IMG/VR virus record: IMGVR_UViG_3300045988_025144
Span: 1 to 39,568 of that record
DNA from: a virus
Length of the DNA: 39,568 nt
Direction: 5' to 3' (one strand)
In this document: positions 1 through 10,312 of the stretch, one piece after another
How positions within the stretch are numbered: the first letter of the stretch is position 1
How the letters are laid out: each line of letters begins with the position of its first letter
Notes under the pieces: model-generated
Told to the model about the DNA's origin: nothing
What the model saw: the letters and a program-made list of their open reading frames with translations, nothing else
Database searches by the model: none
Program-made: the position numbers and the translations under genes

Positions 1-36
1 CTGCTGATTTGTTTGTCTTGTTCGTTCATGCTGTTT
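1..36. repeat. Terminal direct repeat copy A, identical to 39533-39568 (circular closure or terminal redundancy)
   Basis: ctgctgatttgtttgtcttgttcgttcatgctgttt is present at both ends of the window. Confidence 0.95.
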
Positions 37-3000
37 TCTCCAATTTTTCTATTTTATGATTAAGCTCTTGAATGGCCTTGATAAGATAAGGCACAAGAGC
101 AAATGTGTTGTAAGAGTATGCGCCGTCAGGGTTTTCAAAAAACGCTTCGGGAGCGTACTTCTGGACATCCTGCGCCATGATACCGCAAGCGATATCTTCT
201 ATTTTTCCATCGTATTCTTTGCGATAGCTGTACGTTTTAAGCTTCTGGATAACATCGAGGCCAGAGACTGTACTGTCTTCGATATTGTGCTTATATCGAC
301 GGTCTGAAATCTCTTTGTTCATCGGAATCCAGTCGTATCCTGAACCGCTGTAGTAAAGGTAAAGATAGTTATTCGAAGGCTCGAAATTTGAGTATTTAGA
401 CGAGTGAATCCAATGACCAGATTTACCCGAGTTTTCATTGTTGTAGTAAATGTGACCAGTTACACGGAGATTCCCATGGATGACTGGCGTGTTCCAAAAT
501 TCTGCTGTATTGTAACAATACATCTTTCCGTTATTTTTCACGTACCAAGCATAGTCACCAGGATAGCCCCAATTGTTTCCCCAGTTGACCCACAAAGCCG
601 TCTGCGACCACTGGCCAGTCCCGTTACTCATACCGACTGAAAATTGGTTTTGGCCAGTGATCCAGTACACCGATGAATCTTTCTCATGCGTACCAATTTG
701 AAATCCACCAATCCGCCCTTTATAACCTTCAAGCAAGGTAGCAGTAACCACAACAGATCTTAATTTATTGATAAAGGCTTCTTTAGCAACAAGAGTATCA
801 GTGAAGATATCACTTGAGACGAATCGTCTGGCCATGGCGATATCCATGACCAACTTGTCAGCTGTGATAGAGTTAGATCTAATGATGTCTGAATTGAGCG
901 TTCCGACACTGGCATCGCCTACAAACAATCGTTTGAAATAACCCTGAATAGCCGTCAATTCATCAAGCAAGGTCTTACCCTTCAAGCGAATTTTTTCTGC
1001 CTCAATCAAGATCTGATTGTTCGTCGCATTGATTTGTGAAACGATTGAGCCTGCACTGGTCAAATTTTGAACGGCCCATGAGCCAGCCAGTTGACTCTGA
1101 ACCGTGCGAATAGCTTCGTCGCTATCTTCAGGAGCAGGGGACCACGGCGTCGCCCTAGAACCTTTTTCGATTTTTAGAAGCTTAGTATGCACCTTGTAAC
1201 GAGATGCACCATCCACACGAACATTGAGCCACCAAAAATTATTACCAAGCATCTGCTCTGTTAAGGTCACATCATATTCTATTTTACGCCAGTTATTGCC
1301 AGCAATTAGATTGCCGAGACGATAACCGAAAGGATTACCAGAATTCCATTTTTTGACATCACCCCAAGACTGCAAAACAGCCGTAGCCGTCTTCCCGGTG
1401 ATAGGCTGGACATCATCGATAGAAATCTCTAAGCACACATGTAGCTTATCTCCTGCGACAAGACCAGATGCCACAACTTTATGAAGATCAGCATTTAGGT
1501 TGATACCAGCAGGACTAGCAATTGTGATGAAGCTCGTCCACCCCTTGCTTGTATTTAATGCACGATTGATACCGTCAGAACCATACTTCCCAACTTCAAC
1601 CTGAAACAACTGGCTGGTCATAGCCATGCGAGCGACATTATCGGAGATGCTGTTATTAGTATTTCCTAGAATACGCTCATAGAGTCGACTAGTTTCTTGC
1701 ACTCGCTGGAAGTCAGTTTGATTAGCCTTTCCAGCTATCTGAGATGTGATACTTGCAAATTGGCCGTCTACTGTCTGCTTATACTGAGCAATCTTTGAAG
1801 CAATATCATTGTTCGTCTGCGTGCTTATTGCACTAAATCGACGTTCAAGACCTCTTACATCCTCTTGATAAGCTGATTTCCCAACGTAATCTCTGGATAT
1901 CTGCTCACGTACTGCGCTAACTTGACGAGCACTCTCATCACGAGTGTATTTTCGTAAGGCTTCCTGTCGCTGACCATCTTGTCCGACATAGCTTTCGACA
2001 GCTGACAGCTTAGCAGATAGGCCATCGGCGGTTTTCTGAAATTCAGATTTAGCGACGACAAGATCCGTCTTGCCATCTTCAGGAGCAGGTCCTGCATCTA
2101 TACGAGTAGAACTTCTGGTCAATTCGACCTTGCGAAATGCCACATGGCCAATCTCGTTATAGCCCAGAATAATTCGCCAGAAGTCAAAATTATCAGGCTT
2201 GGTCAGCGCTTGGATAGTGACTTGATAAGTCTGCCAGCTAGATGTGAGAGTGAAATTGCCATTCATAATCTCAGGATTGCCAGGTGCTGTTCGATTAGCT
2301 CTCAAAGAGATCCAGACATTTGAAGAACCAGAGTAGCAAATCCCTTGAAATGAGAGAGTATAAGTCTCGCCAATTTCCAACTCAAGAAGAGCTGCCGAAT
2401 TCTTACCTGAAGCTTGACTTCCTTCTTTTGAATGAATTTGCATCTGCTTCCAAGTGTTAGTCGTCCCTTTAACGTTGTATTCACCATTCAAGATGGTCCA
2501 ATCTTGTGGACTACTGTCCCCTTGGCTATATTGCCAAAGACCTCGTGAAAAGTCGTAGTCTTCAGCATAATTCCGTCCTCCCACCTTCATCTTAGCGAAG
2601 GTCTGAGTAAGTCCATCAATGCCTTGCTTGACCTCTGATTTCGTCGCAAATCCATTCATCTGACCAGTCATACGACTAAGAGCCTCTGTGGTCGTTCTGC
2701 GATACTCAGACGCTTGTTTGACCTCGCTTGTGACTGTTCGCTTCAGAACGTCCAAATCGCCCGACAGAGCCGTCTGAGCGCTCGTAGACTGCGACTTAAA
2801 GGCTTCAAGCCTAGCGATGGAGTCCAACCCAATCCGCTTGGCTTCTTGAGCGATTAAGCTGCTGGAGCTAGCGTTTCGCAAGGCTTCTTCAGCTTTTTGC
2901 CTATTTTCTTGGATAGTTTTTTTAATTTCTTGAGATTTTCGATTGAATTCCATATCGAATTTCTCGTGGTCGAATTCCGTCGGTTCAAGTTCCCATTCTG

Positions 3001-4192
3001 CACCATTCCAAAAGTACAGTTGTTTTTTATCCCCGACGGTCAAAAATAAACGATCGCCCTTCCTCAACGTCCCTTTTGGCACATCTAAAGGCTTCACATC
3101 TCCAAAGTAGTTCGTGTTTTTTCCATCTGCAGACACTAAAGCTCTTGTGGCCGTTTTTAAGGCACGTTCGCTTCCTTCTATTGAATCAGTTAGCGTACGT
3201 GATAAATGACTAATTTCACTTGTTGCACGCTGAACCGTTCCAATATCATTACAGACAACCTTTCGACTAATTAGTTTACCACCTACATCATATTCACTAG
3301 TAAACGATACAATACGGACTTTTTGACGAAATCCCAAGGTTTCGTTAATGGCCATAATATAGTCGCCCGGATTCGGACGGCTGATCCGATAGCCAGCTTG
3401 TGATAAGTCTTCCATATCGATTTCAACAGAAACCTTGTACGACTTATCAACATTTTCTTTCAGTCTTCCTAATAGTTTTCCTGTATCTTTGTAGCGCTCA
3501 TCTACAACAGGGTCTGCTTCAATTCGTCCATAAATTACAGATAGTGGGCTCTCGTATGATGTTTCATAACGACCTTTTGAGTGATCCTCATCGTCTTTCC
3601 AAGCACCGATGCCACGCTGGTAGGTTACAAAGCTGTTGATATTTTTTTCTATTTTCAGCTCGTTCATATTAAAGTCTTTACGAACGATTGTTGATAGATC
3701 TGTTCCGATTCGTTTTAAGATTCGGACCACATGACCACGTACAGAAAATTCAAGTCCAGCAACCTTTATAATATCGTTGAAAAGCGAGAGTCGAGACTTA
3801 TTTCCGAAATTTTCTTTTCGAATAGACCCGACCGTCGTTTCCAGATTGTAAGTATAGCCACTGCCTGAAAAGATCGCTTGTAGATATGTTTCAAACGGCT
3901 TTGAGCCATTCAAAGTAGTGTAGACCATTGATTTTGACATGTCGTAGAAGAATTGGTGCACCGCATCAAATTCAACCTCAATCTGTCGTCCTGTGTCGTT
4001 AGGTTTTGCGTAAGTAATACGATAATATTCATCGTCTAAGCGAAAACGCCAGCCTCGACCTATACCGTGCAAGACTTTGTCGTTGGTATAGATTGTGCCT
4101 TTTACAGAAAGTTCACCGTTGACCGCATTAGTTACAGAGTAAGCAACTAGAGCACTATGCTCTGTACCTTTTTCATCGACAAATGTAATCAA
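26..4192 (-). CDS. Tail-associated protein / receptor-binding tail fibre (Tal-like; N-terminal prophage-tail endopeptidase-type domain, C-terminal S74 intramolecular chaperone domain)
   Basis: A 1388-aa ORF lies directly downstream of Dit. It has a TTG start 5 nt after GGAGGTG. The C-terminus (SDRRYKHNIEDS...GIMAQDVQK...ALVPYLIKAIQEL) has the endosialidase-chaperone (Peptidase_S74) pattern. The central part contains coiled-coil and beta-sandwich-like segments. Confidence 0.85.
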   Translation of the reverse strand: MITFVDEKGTEHSALVAYSVTNAVNGELSVKGTIYTNDKVLHGIGRGWRFRLDDEYYRITYAKPNDTGRQIEVEFDAVHQFFYDMSKSMVYTTLNGSKPFETYLQAIFSGSGYTYNLETTVGSIRKENFGNKSRLSLFNDIIKVAGLEFSVRGHVVRILKRIGTDLSTIVRKDFNMNELKIEKNINSFVTYQRGIGAWKDDEDHSKGRYETSYESPLSVIYGRIEADPVVDERYKDTGKLLGRLKENVDKSYKVSVEIDMEDLSQAGYRISRPNPGDYIMAINETLGFRQKVRIVSFTSEYDVGGKLISRKVVCNDIGTVQRATSEISHLSRTLTDSIEGSERALKTATRALVSADGKNTNYFGDVKPLDVPKGTLRKGDRLFLTVGDKKQLYFWNGAEWELEPTEFDHEKFDMEFNRKSQEIKKTIQENRQKAEEALRNASSSSLIAQEAKRIGLDSIARLEAFKSQSTSAQTALSGDLDVLKRTVTSEVKQASEYRRTTTEALSRMTGQMNGFATKSEVKQGIDGLTQTFAKMKVGGRNYAEDYDFSRGLWQYSQGDSSPQDWTILNGEYNVKGTTNTWKQMQIHSKEGSQASGKNSAALLELEIGETYTLSFQGICYSGSSNVWISLRANRTAPGNPEIMNGNFTLTSSWQTYQVTIQALTKPDNFDFWRIILGYNEIGHVAFRKVELTRSSTRIDAGPAPEDGKTDLVVAKSEFQKTADGLSAKLSAVESYVGQDGQRQEALRKYTRDESARQVSAVREQISRDYVGKSAYQEDVRGLERRFSAISTQTNNDIASKIAQYKQTVDGQFASITSQIAGKANQTDFQRVQETSRLYERILGNTNNSISDNVARMAMTSQLFQVEVGKYGSDGINRALNTSKGWTSFITIASPAGINLNADLHKVVASGLVAGDKLHVCLEISIDDVQPITGKTATAVLQSWGDVKKWNSGNPFGYRLGNLIAGNNWRKIEYDVTLTEQMLGNNFWWLNVRVDGASRYKVHTKLLKIEKGSRATPWSPAPEDSDEAIRTVQSQLAGSWAVQNLTSAGSIVSQINATNNQILIEAEKIRLKGKTLLDELTAIQGYFKRLFVGDASVGTLNSDIIRSNSITADKLVMDIAMARRFVSSDIFTDTLVAKEAFINKLRSVVVTATLLEGYKGRIGGFQIGTHEKDSSVYWITGQNQFSVGMSNGTGQWSQTALWVNWGNNWGYPGDYAWYVKNNGKMYCYNTAEFWNTPVIHGNLRVTGHIYYNNENSGKSGHWIHSSKYSNFEPSNNYLYLYYSGSGYDWIPMNKEISDRRYKHNIEDSTVSGLDVIQKLKTYSYRKEYDGKIEDIACGIMAQDVQKYAPEAFFENPDGAYSYNTFALVPYLIKAIQELNHKIEKLEKTA

Positions 4193-4204
4193 TCTATCAC
4201 CTCC

Positions 4205-5068
4205 TTACTTATATAGCTCTTTAAAACCTAGAATTTTGATCGTCCCTCTAAAATCAGTAGAATAACGAACTTGCTTCTGCGGATTTGGTCGAATGACAAA
4301 ATATTCATAATTCGTTCGAACGTTGATATTCAGGTCTGGTAATGCCATGCCTTTATAAATTACATTTTCGACACCAGACAAGCGCAATTTATCGCCTTCT
4401 TTAATCGGTGTTGAAGCATGATTGTAGATCCAGCGTCTACCGTCAATCTCCAAAAAGAAGCTTGTTTGACTAGCGCTTGCAGTCAATTCCACTACATAAG
4501 GCACCTCTAATTGGCTGAGAGCTGCCATGCCTTTGTATGGAATGACTCCACCAGATAAAACAATGTCTCGAGGAGCAGTTTCGCCAAATGGCAGCTCAGC
4601 AGTTACCAACTCAAAAGAAATGTTATATTTCAGACCTGCTGCTGATTTGCCAATAAAACTATAATCAATTTCATTTCCGATATGCACCTTATATCGATAT
4701 TTCCAAGCAGTGTGAGGGATATTTAAAAGGTTCAAATCCCCTTTCTTCGCCCCCGGCAATTCAAATCCGTACAAATCATCTTGTACTGGGTGCATTTTCG
4801 TAACGAAATAAGGTTCATCACCATAAAGCCAACCTGCAAGCTCGTCTTGTTTTTCCATAAATGCAGAAAGACTAGCAACTGCCAGCCTACCCGTAACTTT
4901 TATAACTTTCTGGCGCAATGTTATCCCGTCGTGGATATAACCATTACGCCCTTTTACTGTACGCCTATCCACTTCAACAGAAGGCGTACTATCAGCAATT
5001 TTAATGTTATAAATGCCTAGCTGAGACAATTTGGTCTCAGCGTTAGCATGTGTAATCAATAAATCCAT
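4205..5068 (-). CDS. Distal tail protein (Dit, siphovirus tail component)
   Basis: A 287-aa ORF between the tape measure and Tal genes, which is the conserved position. Confidence 0.75.
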   Translation of the reverse strand: MDLLITHANAETKLSQLGIYNIKIADSTPSVEVDRRTVKGRNGYIHDGITLRQKVIKVTGRLAVASLSAFMEKQDELAGWLYGDEPYFVTKMHPVQDDLYGFELPGAKKGDLNLLNIPHTAWKYRYKVHIGNEIDYSFIGKSAAGLKYNISFELVTAELPFGETAPRDIVLSGGVIPYKGMAALSQLEVPYVVELTASASQTSFFLEIDGRRWIYNHASTPIKEGDKLRLSGVENVIYKGMALPDLNINVRTNYEYFVIRPNPQKQVRYSTDFRGTIKILGFKELYK

Positions 5069-5080
5069 TTCGTAGCCTTT

Positions 5081-8000
5081 CTATTCGTAGACAAAGTAGT
5101 CGTCTTTGATACGATCACGAGCTTCTCGCTCTTTAACAGACGTGTAAATCTTGTCACCCACAATTTCGTTATGGATTTCAAATTTAGCGTTTGATAATTG
5201 AGAATTCTTCACATCATCGCTTAGATTTTCTAAACTTGATTTCAGACCAGTATTATTCACACTGGCCGAAGTCGTGATTAAGCTATCAACGCCATAACTT
5301 TGGTCTGTAATCGCCATCGCATACTGTTTCGCAACACCATTGATTCTGCGCACCCAATCAGCCATACCGTTATACATCCCTTCGCCTGTAAAGCCACCAA
5401 TCGCATCCATGACACGAGAAGGGGAATGGATATCCAGAGCAGAGCGCATCACGCTTGCAATGTTAGAAGCGATTGAATATGCGAGCGCGTACAGACTGCC
5501 AGCCATGCTTGCTAATCCGTTGTAAAGCCCCGAGCCAGCGTGAACACCTACAGAGTGCAAATGACTAGCCAGTGTATTGAAAATAGCCACGATCTGACTA
5601 TTTGCAGAAGACGAAACGCTGACAGCTTGATTCATTCCGCTATTAAAAGCAGATGAAATATCAGACATCCCTTGTTGGACATAACTCTTGACTTTATTCA
5701 AGGTACTATCGAACGTCTGAGCCATCTTGTTTCCGCCTGAAGTTGCAGCTTGGTCAATTTTATTCATACCATCTGTAACGGCCTTAGAAACGCCGTTCAT
5801 AGCATTTATCGCAGCAGTTTCAGCATTCTTGAAGTTACTTGTGACAGCGTTCGCAACCGCTTGAGAACTACTTTCAGCGTTCGACTGCATAGTAGAGAAT
5901 GCCGAGGTAGTAGATCCCTGCATGCTATTTGCTGAACCTGTCGCGTTTCCACTCATGGTACTGTAGTTACCTGAGACAGCAGCTGCTGTACTGCTAGAAA
6001 TAGCACTTGCGTTGCTTTGAACAGTCTGGAATGCAGTATTTGAATCTGTTTGAAGTGCCTGTAAATATGAACTAGCACTTGTATTCAATCCACTTAAATT
6101 GCTAGTGACATTTGCATTCATAGTAGCTGATTCAGTCGTTGCAGTTGTTTGGGCCTGTTGCATATTTGTGGATACATTACTACTCAATGTCTGCATGTTG
6201 GTACCGGCAGCTGCTGCAAGTCCTTGCATGCTTGTGTCAACATTTGTACTCATAGTATTAACCTTGGTTTGAGTATCAAGGTTCATTGCATCCATAGAAA
6301 GACCGACATTCGTTTGCATAGATTGTGCCTGTAAGGTTGCATTCGTCGACATTTCTGATGTCTTAGCAGATACATGATCCGACATTTCTGTCGTCTTAGC
6401 TTTGACTGCTTCGCTTCCTTCGGTTGTTTTTCCAGTGACAAAATCCCACATACCACCGAAGAAATCTCCTACTGCCGAAACAACTCCACTGATTGCTTCA
6501 GGAACAGCTGTTAACATCGCCTTACCTAATTCAAAGATAATTTTAGCACCAGCTTCAAGAATTTTTGGCAAACCAGCTACTAAACCAACCACTAGTTTTG
6601 CAACTAGCTCAATGCCACCACGGATGAGTTGAGGAATTGAACTTGCTAACCCTGTGACTAATGTGCCGATGATTTGGGCAGCAGATTGAGCAATCTGTGG
6701 AAGATTATTTATGATTCCTTGAACTAGCGATACAATCAGCTGTATACCGCCACTAATGATCGCAGGTAAGTTAGATACTAACCCCTGGATAAAGGATGTG
6801 ATAACTTGAACAGCGATACTTAGAATCGTTGGTAATGATTGGATGATACCATTAACAAGATTCTGTAGGATTTGAATGCCGTTCTGAATAATACTTGGCA
6901 TTTGTTGGCCAAGACCAGTCAAGAAGGTCGTAACAGCCTGTTGAGCCGATTGCAAAATTTGCGGAAGATTGCTAAGGACACCTTGCACTAGATTTGCTAG
7001 CAATTCAACACCCATACCAAGCAACTGCGGAAGTGCACTAGCAATAGACTGTACAAATGTTCCAATCACAGTCACTGCTGAACTGATTAGAGATGTAGCG
7101 TTCTGACCTACTCCTTGAACCAAACTACCAATCAAATCAACTCCAGCCTGTACCAAAACAGGGAACATGGTTGCAAAAGCGCTGGCAAATTTTGCTATCA
7201 AATCCGCTCCCGAAGCTATCAAAGAAGGGATTTGACTAGTAATGCCCTGTACCAAATTTTGAATAATTTGAGGGCCTTTAGTCGTCACCGTATTTAGTAA
7301 CTGGTCTATTTGAGTGCCAAATTGATTATTGATGATACCCAATCCAGCTACTACAAGCCCAAGGATGGCAGCAGGACCGATAGCTGCCAACGCAACACTC
7401 ATGACCGACGCGATTCCTTGCGACATCATTGAAACAACAGACAACCCTTTTGAGGCAGCATTTCCCAAGACACCAGGTAAGCCTCCGATTTTAGATGCAA
7501 ATACTTCCACATATCCAGACGCTGAACTAAAGCCGCTACCTAAAATTGATCCAAAAGCACCAATCTTACCACCTAAACCACCTAATATACCTGTCAATTT
7601 TGTCAAGCCCTTAGTAGCAGGACCAAAAGCTAGCAATCCACCGACCAGGCTTAAAATAGGTGCGGCTGATGCCATAGAACTAGTGAATTTATCCATGACA
7701 CCATCAGCTAACTTCGTACCATTCAAGAAATGGTCTAAGACTGGATTGATGTTCGCCATTGCATCAGTGAAATTTTGAAGCGCTTTAGATTGGCCAAATT
7801 TATCAACTAACTTATCCACGTATTTTACAATCGTAGTAAAGAGTGGCAAGACGGATTCTCCGAGCTTGATTTGTAGAGTCTCAAACGACCCGCTTAGACC
7901 TTCAACAGCTCCCTTTAAGTTATTAAGCTTCTCGGCAGCAACCTGCGCAGCAGTAACCTTGCTGATTTCTGCTTGCATCTTGTTTGCGCCATCTGCACCC

Positions 8001-9442
8001 TCGTTCATTGCGATGGTTGCAGCACGAACCGCATCAGTACCAAACAAAGTTTTAAGCGCTTGTTGTTGCTGTTGTTGTGTCAATCCACCCAAACTATCTT
8101 TAAGCACTTGGGAAATCTCAGCAAACGATTTGATTTTACCTTCAGCAGTAAAGAATTTATTAGCACCATCTTCTGTGATGATCCCTAAGTTCTTCATAGC
8201 TAGGTATTGACCTTTGGTTTGAGGTTGCAAATTCATCAGCATCGTTTTAAGCGATGTACCCGCGTCTGAACCTTTGAGCCCGTTTTGTGCGAATACTGCT
8301 AAGGCGTTAGTTGTATCTCTGAAAGAAAGACCTAGACCGCTAGCCACAGGGGCAACTGCAGAAAGGCCGTATTTTAATTCGTGCACATCTGTCGCCGATG
8401 CGTTTGCTGCACCCGCTAATTGATTTGCCGCATCTACTACCGATAGATTATCTTTTTTAAATGCATTTAATGCCGTAGATGCTATTTCTGCTGCTTCTTT
8501 CAGGTCAAGTTCCCCAGCGGTTGCTAAGTTCAAAGCACCCGTTAGACCACCGTTTAAGATATCCTTGGTAGATACCCCAGCTTTTGCCAATTCTTCAATG
8601 GCATCCGCTGCTTCAGTAGCAGAAAATGCTGTATCAGCACCCGCTTTAATTGCTGCATCATGGAATTGCTTCATCGTTTCAGCACTAGAGCCAGTAACAG
8701 CTTTGATGCTGCTCATACGAGCTTCAAAGTCAGCCGATTTGGTGATCGCACCGCCTATCGCATTCTTGATGAAGTTAAATCCTGCATAAGCTGCAGAAAT
8801 ACCAAGGGCTGTCTTGATGAGATTACTTGTAGCAGATGCCGCTTGATTTGTGTGATTTACAATCCCCATCAAAGCATTAGTAGCTTTACTACCTGCTTGT
8901 TGAAAAGCATTGCCAAGCCCACTTGAAATTTTGCTAGATAAAGTGCTGACTTTGCTGATCAGCTTGCCACCTAACGTGTTACCAACTTGATTTGTAAAAT
9001 TATTTACTTTTCCTAAAGTTGAATTAAAGGCATTACCTATTGTGCTACCTAATTGTGAAAATCTATTTGAAATTGGAGATAAAGCACTTGAAATTTTAGA
9101 ATTTAAACTAGTAAATGCTTGTGCTATTTTTGCTAAACCTGCTTGTATGGGTTCAGGCAATCTTTGACCGATGTTGGATGCAATACGTTGGATTTCGCCC
9201 AGAGCGATATTTAAACCGCCTGTAAATCCTTGGCCTATTTTTTGACCGATTGAAGCATTTGAAGTTGCGAGCTCATTCATCAATTGACCAATTTTTTGAA
9301 TCATTTGATTTGAACTATTGACCGCAGCTTTTTGTGCATCATCGAACGCTTTTTTTGTATTTGATACAATTTCATTCATTGATTTTTCATAATCTTTAGT
9401 ATCTGCCCCAATATAAGCATATATAGAACCGTCAAAACTCAT
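5081..9442 (-). CDS. Tape measure protein
   Basis: A 1453-aa ORF with a long A/G/S/I-rich helical repeat region (LVQG...LP periodicity) and an S/T/N/M-rich low-complexity block. It follows the chaperone pair. Confidence 0.9.
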   Translation of the reverse strand: MSFDGSIYAYIGADTKDYEKSMNEIVSNTKKAFDDAQKAAVNSSNQMIQKIGQLMNELATSNASIGQKIGQGFTGGLNIALGEIQRIASNIGQRLPEPIQAGLAKIAQAFTSLNSKISSALSPISNRFSQLGSTIGNAFNSTLGKVNNFTNQVGNTLGGKLISKVSTLSSKISSGLGNAFQQAGSKATNALMGIVNHTNQAASATSNLIKTALGISAAYAGFNFIKNAIGGAITKSADFEARMSSIKAVTGSSAETMKQFHDAAIKAGADTAFSATEAADAIEELAKAGVSTKDILNGGLTGALNLATAGELDLKEAAEIASTALNAFKKDNLSVVDAANQLAGAANASATDVHELKYGLSAVAPVASGLGLSFRDTTNALAVFAQNGLKGSDAGTSLKTMLMNLQPQTKGQYLAMKNLGIITEDGANKFFTAEGKIKSFAEISQVLKDSLGGLTQQQQQQALKTLFGTDAVRAATIAMNEGADGANKMQAEISKVTAAQVAAEKLNNLKGAVEGLSGSFETLQIKLGESVLPLFTTIVKYVDKLVDKFGQSKALQNFTDAMANINPVLDHFLNGTKLADGVMDKFTSSMASAAPILSLVGGLLAFGPATKGLTKLTGILGGLGGKIGAFGSILGSGFSSASGYVEVFASKIGGLPGVLGNAASKGLSVVSMMSQGIASVMSVALAAIGPAAILGLVVAGLGIINNQFGTQIDQLLNTVTTKGPQIIQNLVQGITSQIPSLIASGADLIAKFASAFATMFPVLVQAGVDLIGSLVQGVGQNATSLISSAVTVIGTFVQSIASALPQLLGMGVELLANLVQGVLSNLPQILQSAQQAVTTFLTGLGQQMPSIIQNGIQILQNLVNGIIQSLPTILSIAVQVITSFIQGLVSNLPAIISGGIQLIVSLVQGIINNLPQIAQSAAQIIGTLVTGLASSIPQLIRGGIELVAKLVVGLVAGLPKILEAGAKIIFELGKAMLTAVPEAISGVVSAVGDFFGGMWDFVTGKTTEGSEAVKAKTTEMSDHVSAKTSEMSTNATLQAQSMQTNVGLSMDAMNLDTQTKVNTMSTNVDTSMQGLAAAAGTNMQTLSSNVSTNMQQAQTTATTESATMNANVTSNLSGLNTSASSYLQALQTDSNTAFQTVQSNASAISSSTAAAVSGNYSTMSGNATGSANSMQGSTTSAFSTMQSNAESSSQAVANAVTSNFKNAETAAINAMNGVSKAVTDGMNKIDQAATSGGNKMAQTFDSTLNKVKSYVQQGMSDISSAFNSGMNQAVSVSSSANSQIVAIFNTLASHLHSVGVHAGSGLYNGLASMAGSLYALAYSIASNIASVMRSALDIHSPSRVMDAIGGFTGEGMYNGMADWVRRINGVAKQYAMAITDQSYGVDSLITTSASVNNTGLKSSLENLSDDVKNSQLSNAKFEIHNEIVGDKIYTSVKEREARDRIKDDYFVYE

Positions 9443-9462
9443 ACATCCACCTCCTTCTGTTA

Positions 9463-9732
9463 CTAATTTCTATTTGCAAACATCTGACTCGCTTTTTCAA
9501 GCAATGCCACAAAATCGTTTTTATTTTTGATTTCTTTCTTTTTGTCTGGATGGAAAACCCTTCTAACTTTGTCCTTATCTCTCTTTTTACTGAGTTTCTT
9601 CGCATCGACTTTTTTGGCATTCAATGTATATCTCAGTTCAAGAGCTAAACCTGAAAGAGCTTCACGCTCTTCAATTTGTTTGTAGTAAAGGCCTTCCAAA
9701 ATTGCATCAAGCTCCCACTTATTACAAGACAA
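9463..9732 (-). CDS. Tail assembly chaperone, frameshift-extension part (gpT-like)
   Basis: The ORF is in the -1 frame relative to the upstream 157-aa ORF, and that frame stays open far upstream into it. Its position immediately before the TMP gene is canonical for G/GT. Confidence 0.55.
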   Translation of the reverse strand: MSCNKWELDAILEGLYYKQIEEREALSGLALELRYTLNAKKVDAKKLSKKRDKDKVRRVFHPDKKKEIKNKNDFVALLEKASQMFANRN

Positions 9733-9773
9733 AATAGTTTCTTGATCAGTAAGACCGAGCTTAGCGCATTCTG

Positions 9774-10247
9774 TTAAGATACCGCGTTTTCCATCTTGCC
9801 AATAATTTCTGAAATTGCTTTGACTTGAGCTTCTGCTGTTTGATCCCCAGCTTCCGCTTGAGCTTGTGCCAATTCTTGTCCAAGTTTCATGTTTTCGATA
9901 TATTTCAAAATCTTCTTCTTGAAAAAACCTGACTGCACCATTTCTTCTTCAATTTCCTGAAATAGCTCTTCCTGAGGATCATCACTTTCCGATTTTTCAA
10001 ATCGTGCTTCAATAGCTGCCAAAGCTTCATCTTCAGATACTGCCTTACCTTTTTTACTTGCACAATATTGAATCAAATCAACAATCCCTTGGTCGTCACG
10101 ATTGACAATTTTGAAGAATAGCGCACCAACACCATTTCCCGCGGACTGGCCATTTGCATCTTTAGTCGCCATATCTTTGTCAATCTTGAACATTAAGCGA
10201 TAATCAAATTTGATTTCAACGATTTTTTTTGCAACATTAAATTCCAT
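9774..10247 (-). CDS. Tail assembly chaperone (gpG-like)
   Basis: An acidic 157-aa ORF between the major tail protein and TMP genes. Confidence 0.7.
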   Translation of the reverse strand: MEFNVAKKIVEIKFDYRLMFKIDKDMATKDANGQSAGNGVGALFFKIVNRDDQGIVDLIQYCASKKGKAVSEDEALAAIEARFEKSESDDPQEELFQEIEEEMVQSGFFKKKILKYIENMKLGQELAQAQAEAGDQTAEAQVKAISEIIGKMENAVS

Positions 10248-10264
10248 GTGTATATACTCCTTTT

Positions 10265-10300
10265 ACAAAAAAATAAAAAGGTGACCTTTGACAGTCACCC
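10265..10300 (-). terminator. Intrinsic terminator after the major tail protein gene
   Basis: On the minus strand, GGTGAC-8 nt-GTCACC is followed by TTTTTATTTTTTT. Confidence 0.7.
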
Positions 10301-10312
10301 TTCTTAGATAGA

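Noticed and set aside
26-4192. The tail-fibre gene as a possible target of a diversity-generating retroelement.
   Set aside because: The genome contains no reverse transcriptase ORF and no template-repeat copy of any fibre segment.
5340-8926. Many 60-149-aa + strand ORFs antisense to the tape measure gene (for example 7329-7778 and 7866-8210).
   Set aside because: They lie within a low-complexity, compositionally biased gene and translate to Pro/Ala/Ser-rich sequences with no translation signals. They are shadow ORFs.
5081-9442. Periodic nucleotide and amino-acid repeats inside the tape measure gene, considered as a possible CRISPR-like or tandem-repeat element.
   Set aside because: The repeats are degenerate, in frame, and typical of TMP helical repeats. 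They have no repeat-spacer architecture.
9432-9620. A 62-aa minus-strand ORF overlapping the gpT-like ORF and the start of the TMP gene.
   Set aside because: It is a Lys/Arg-rich alternative-frame translation of an AAG/AAA-rich region, has no RBS, and overlaps two well-supported genes.
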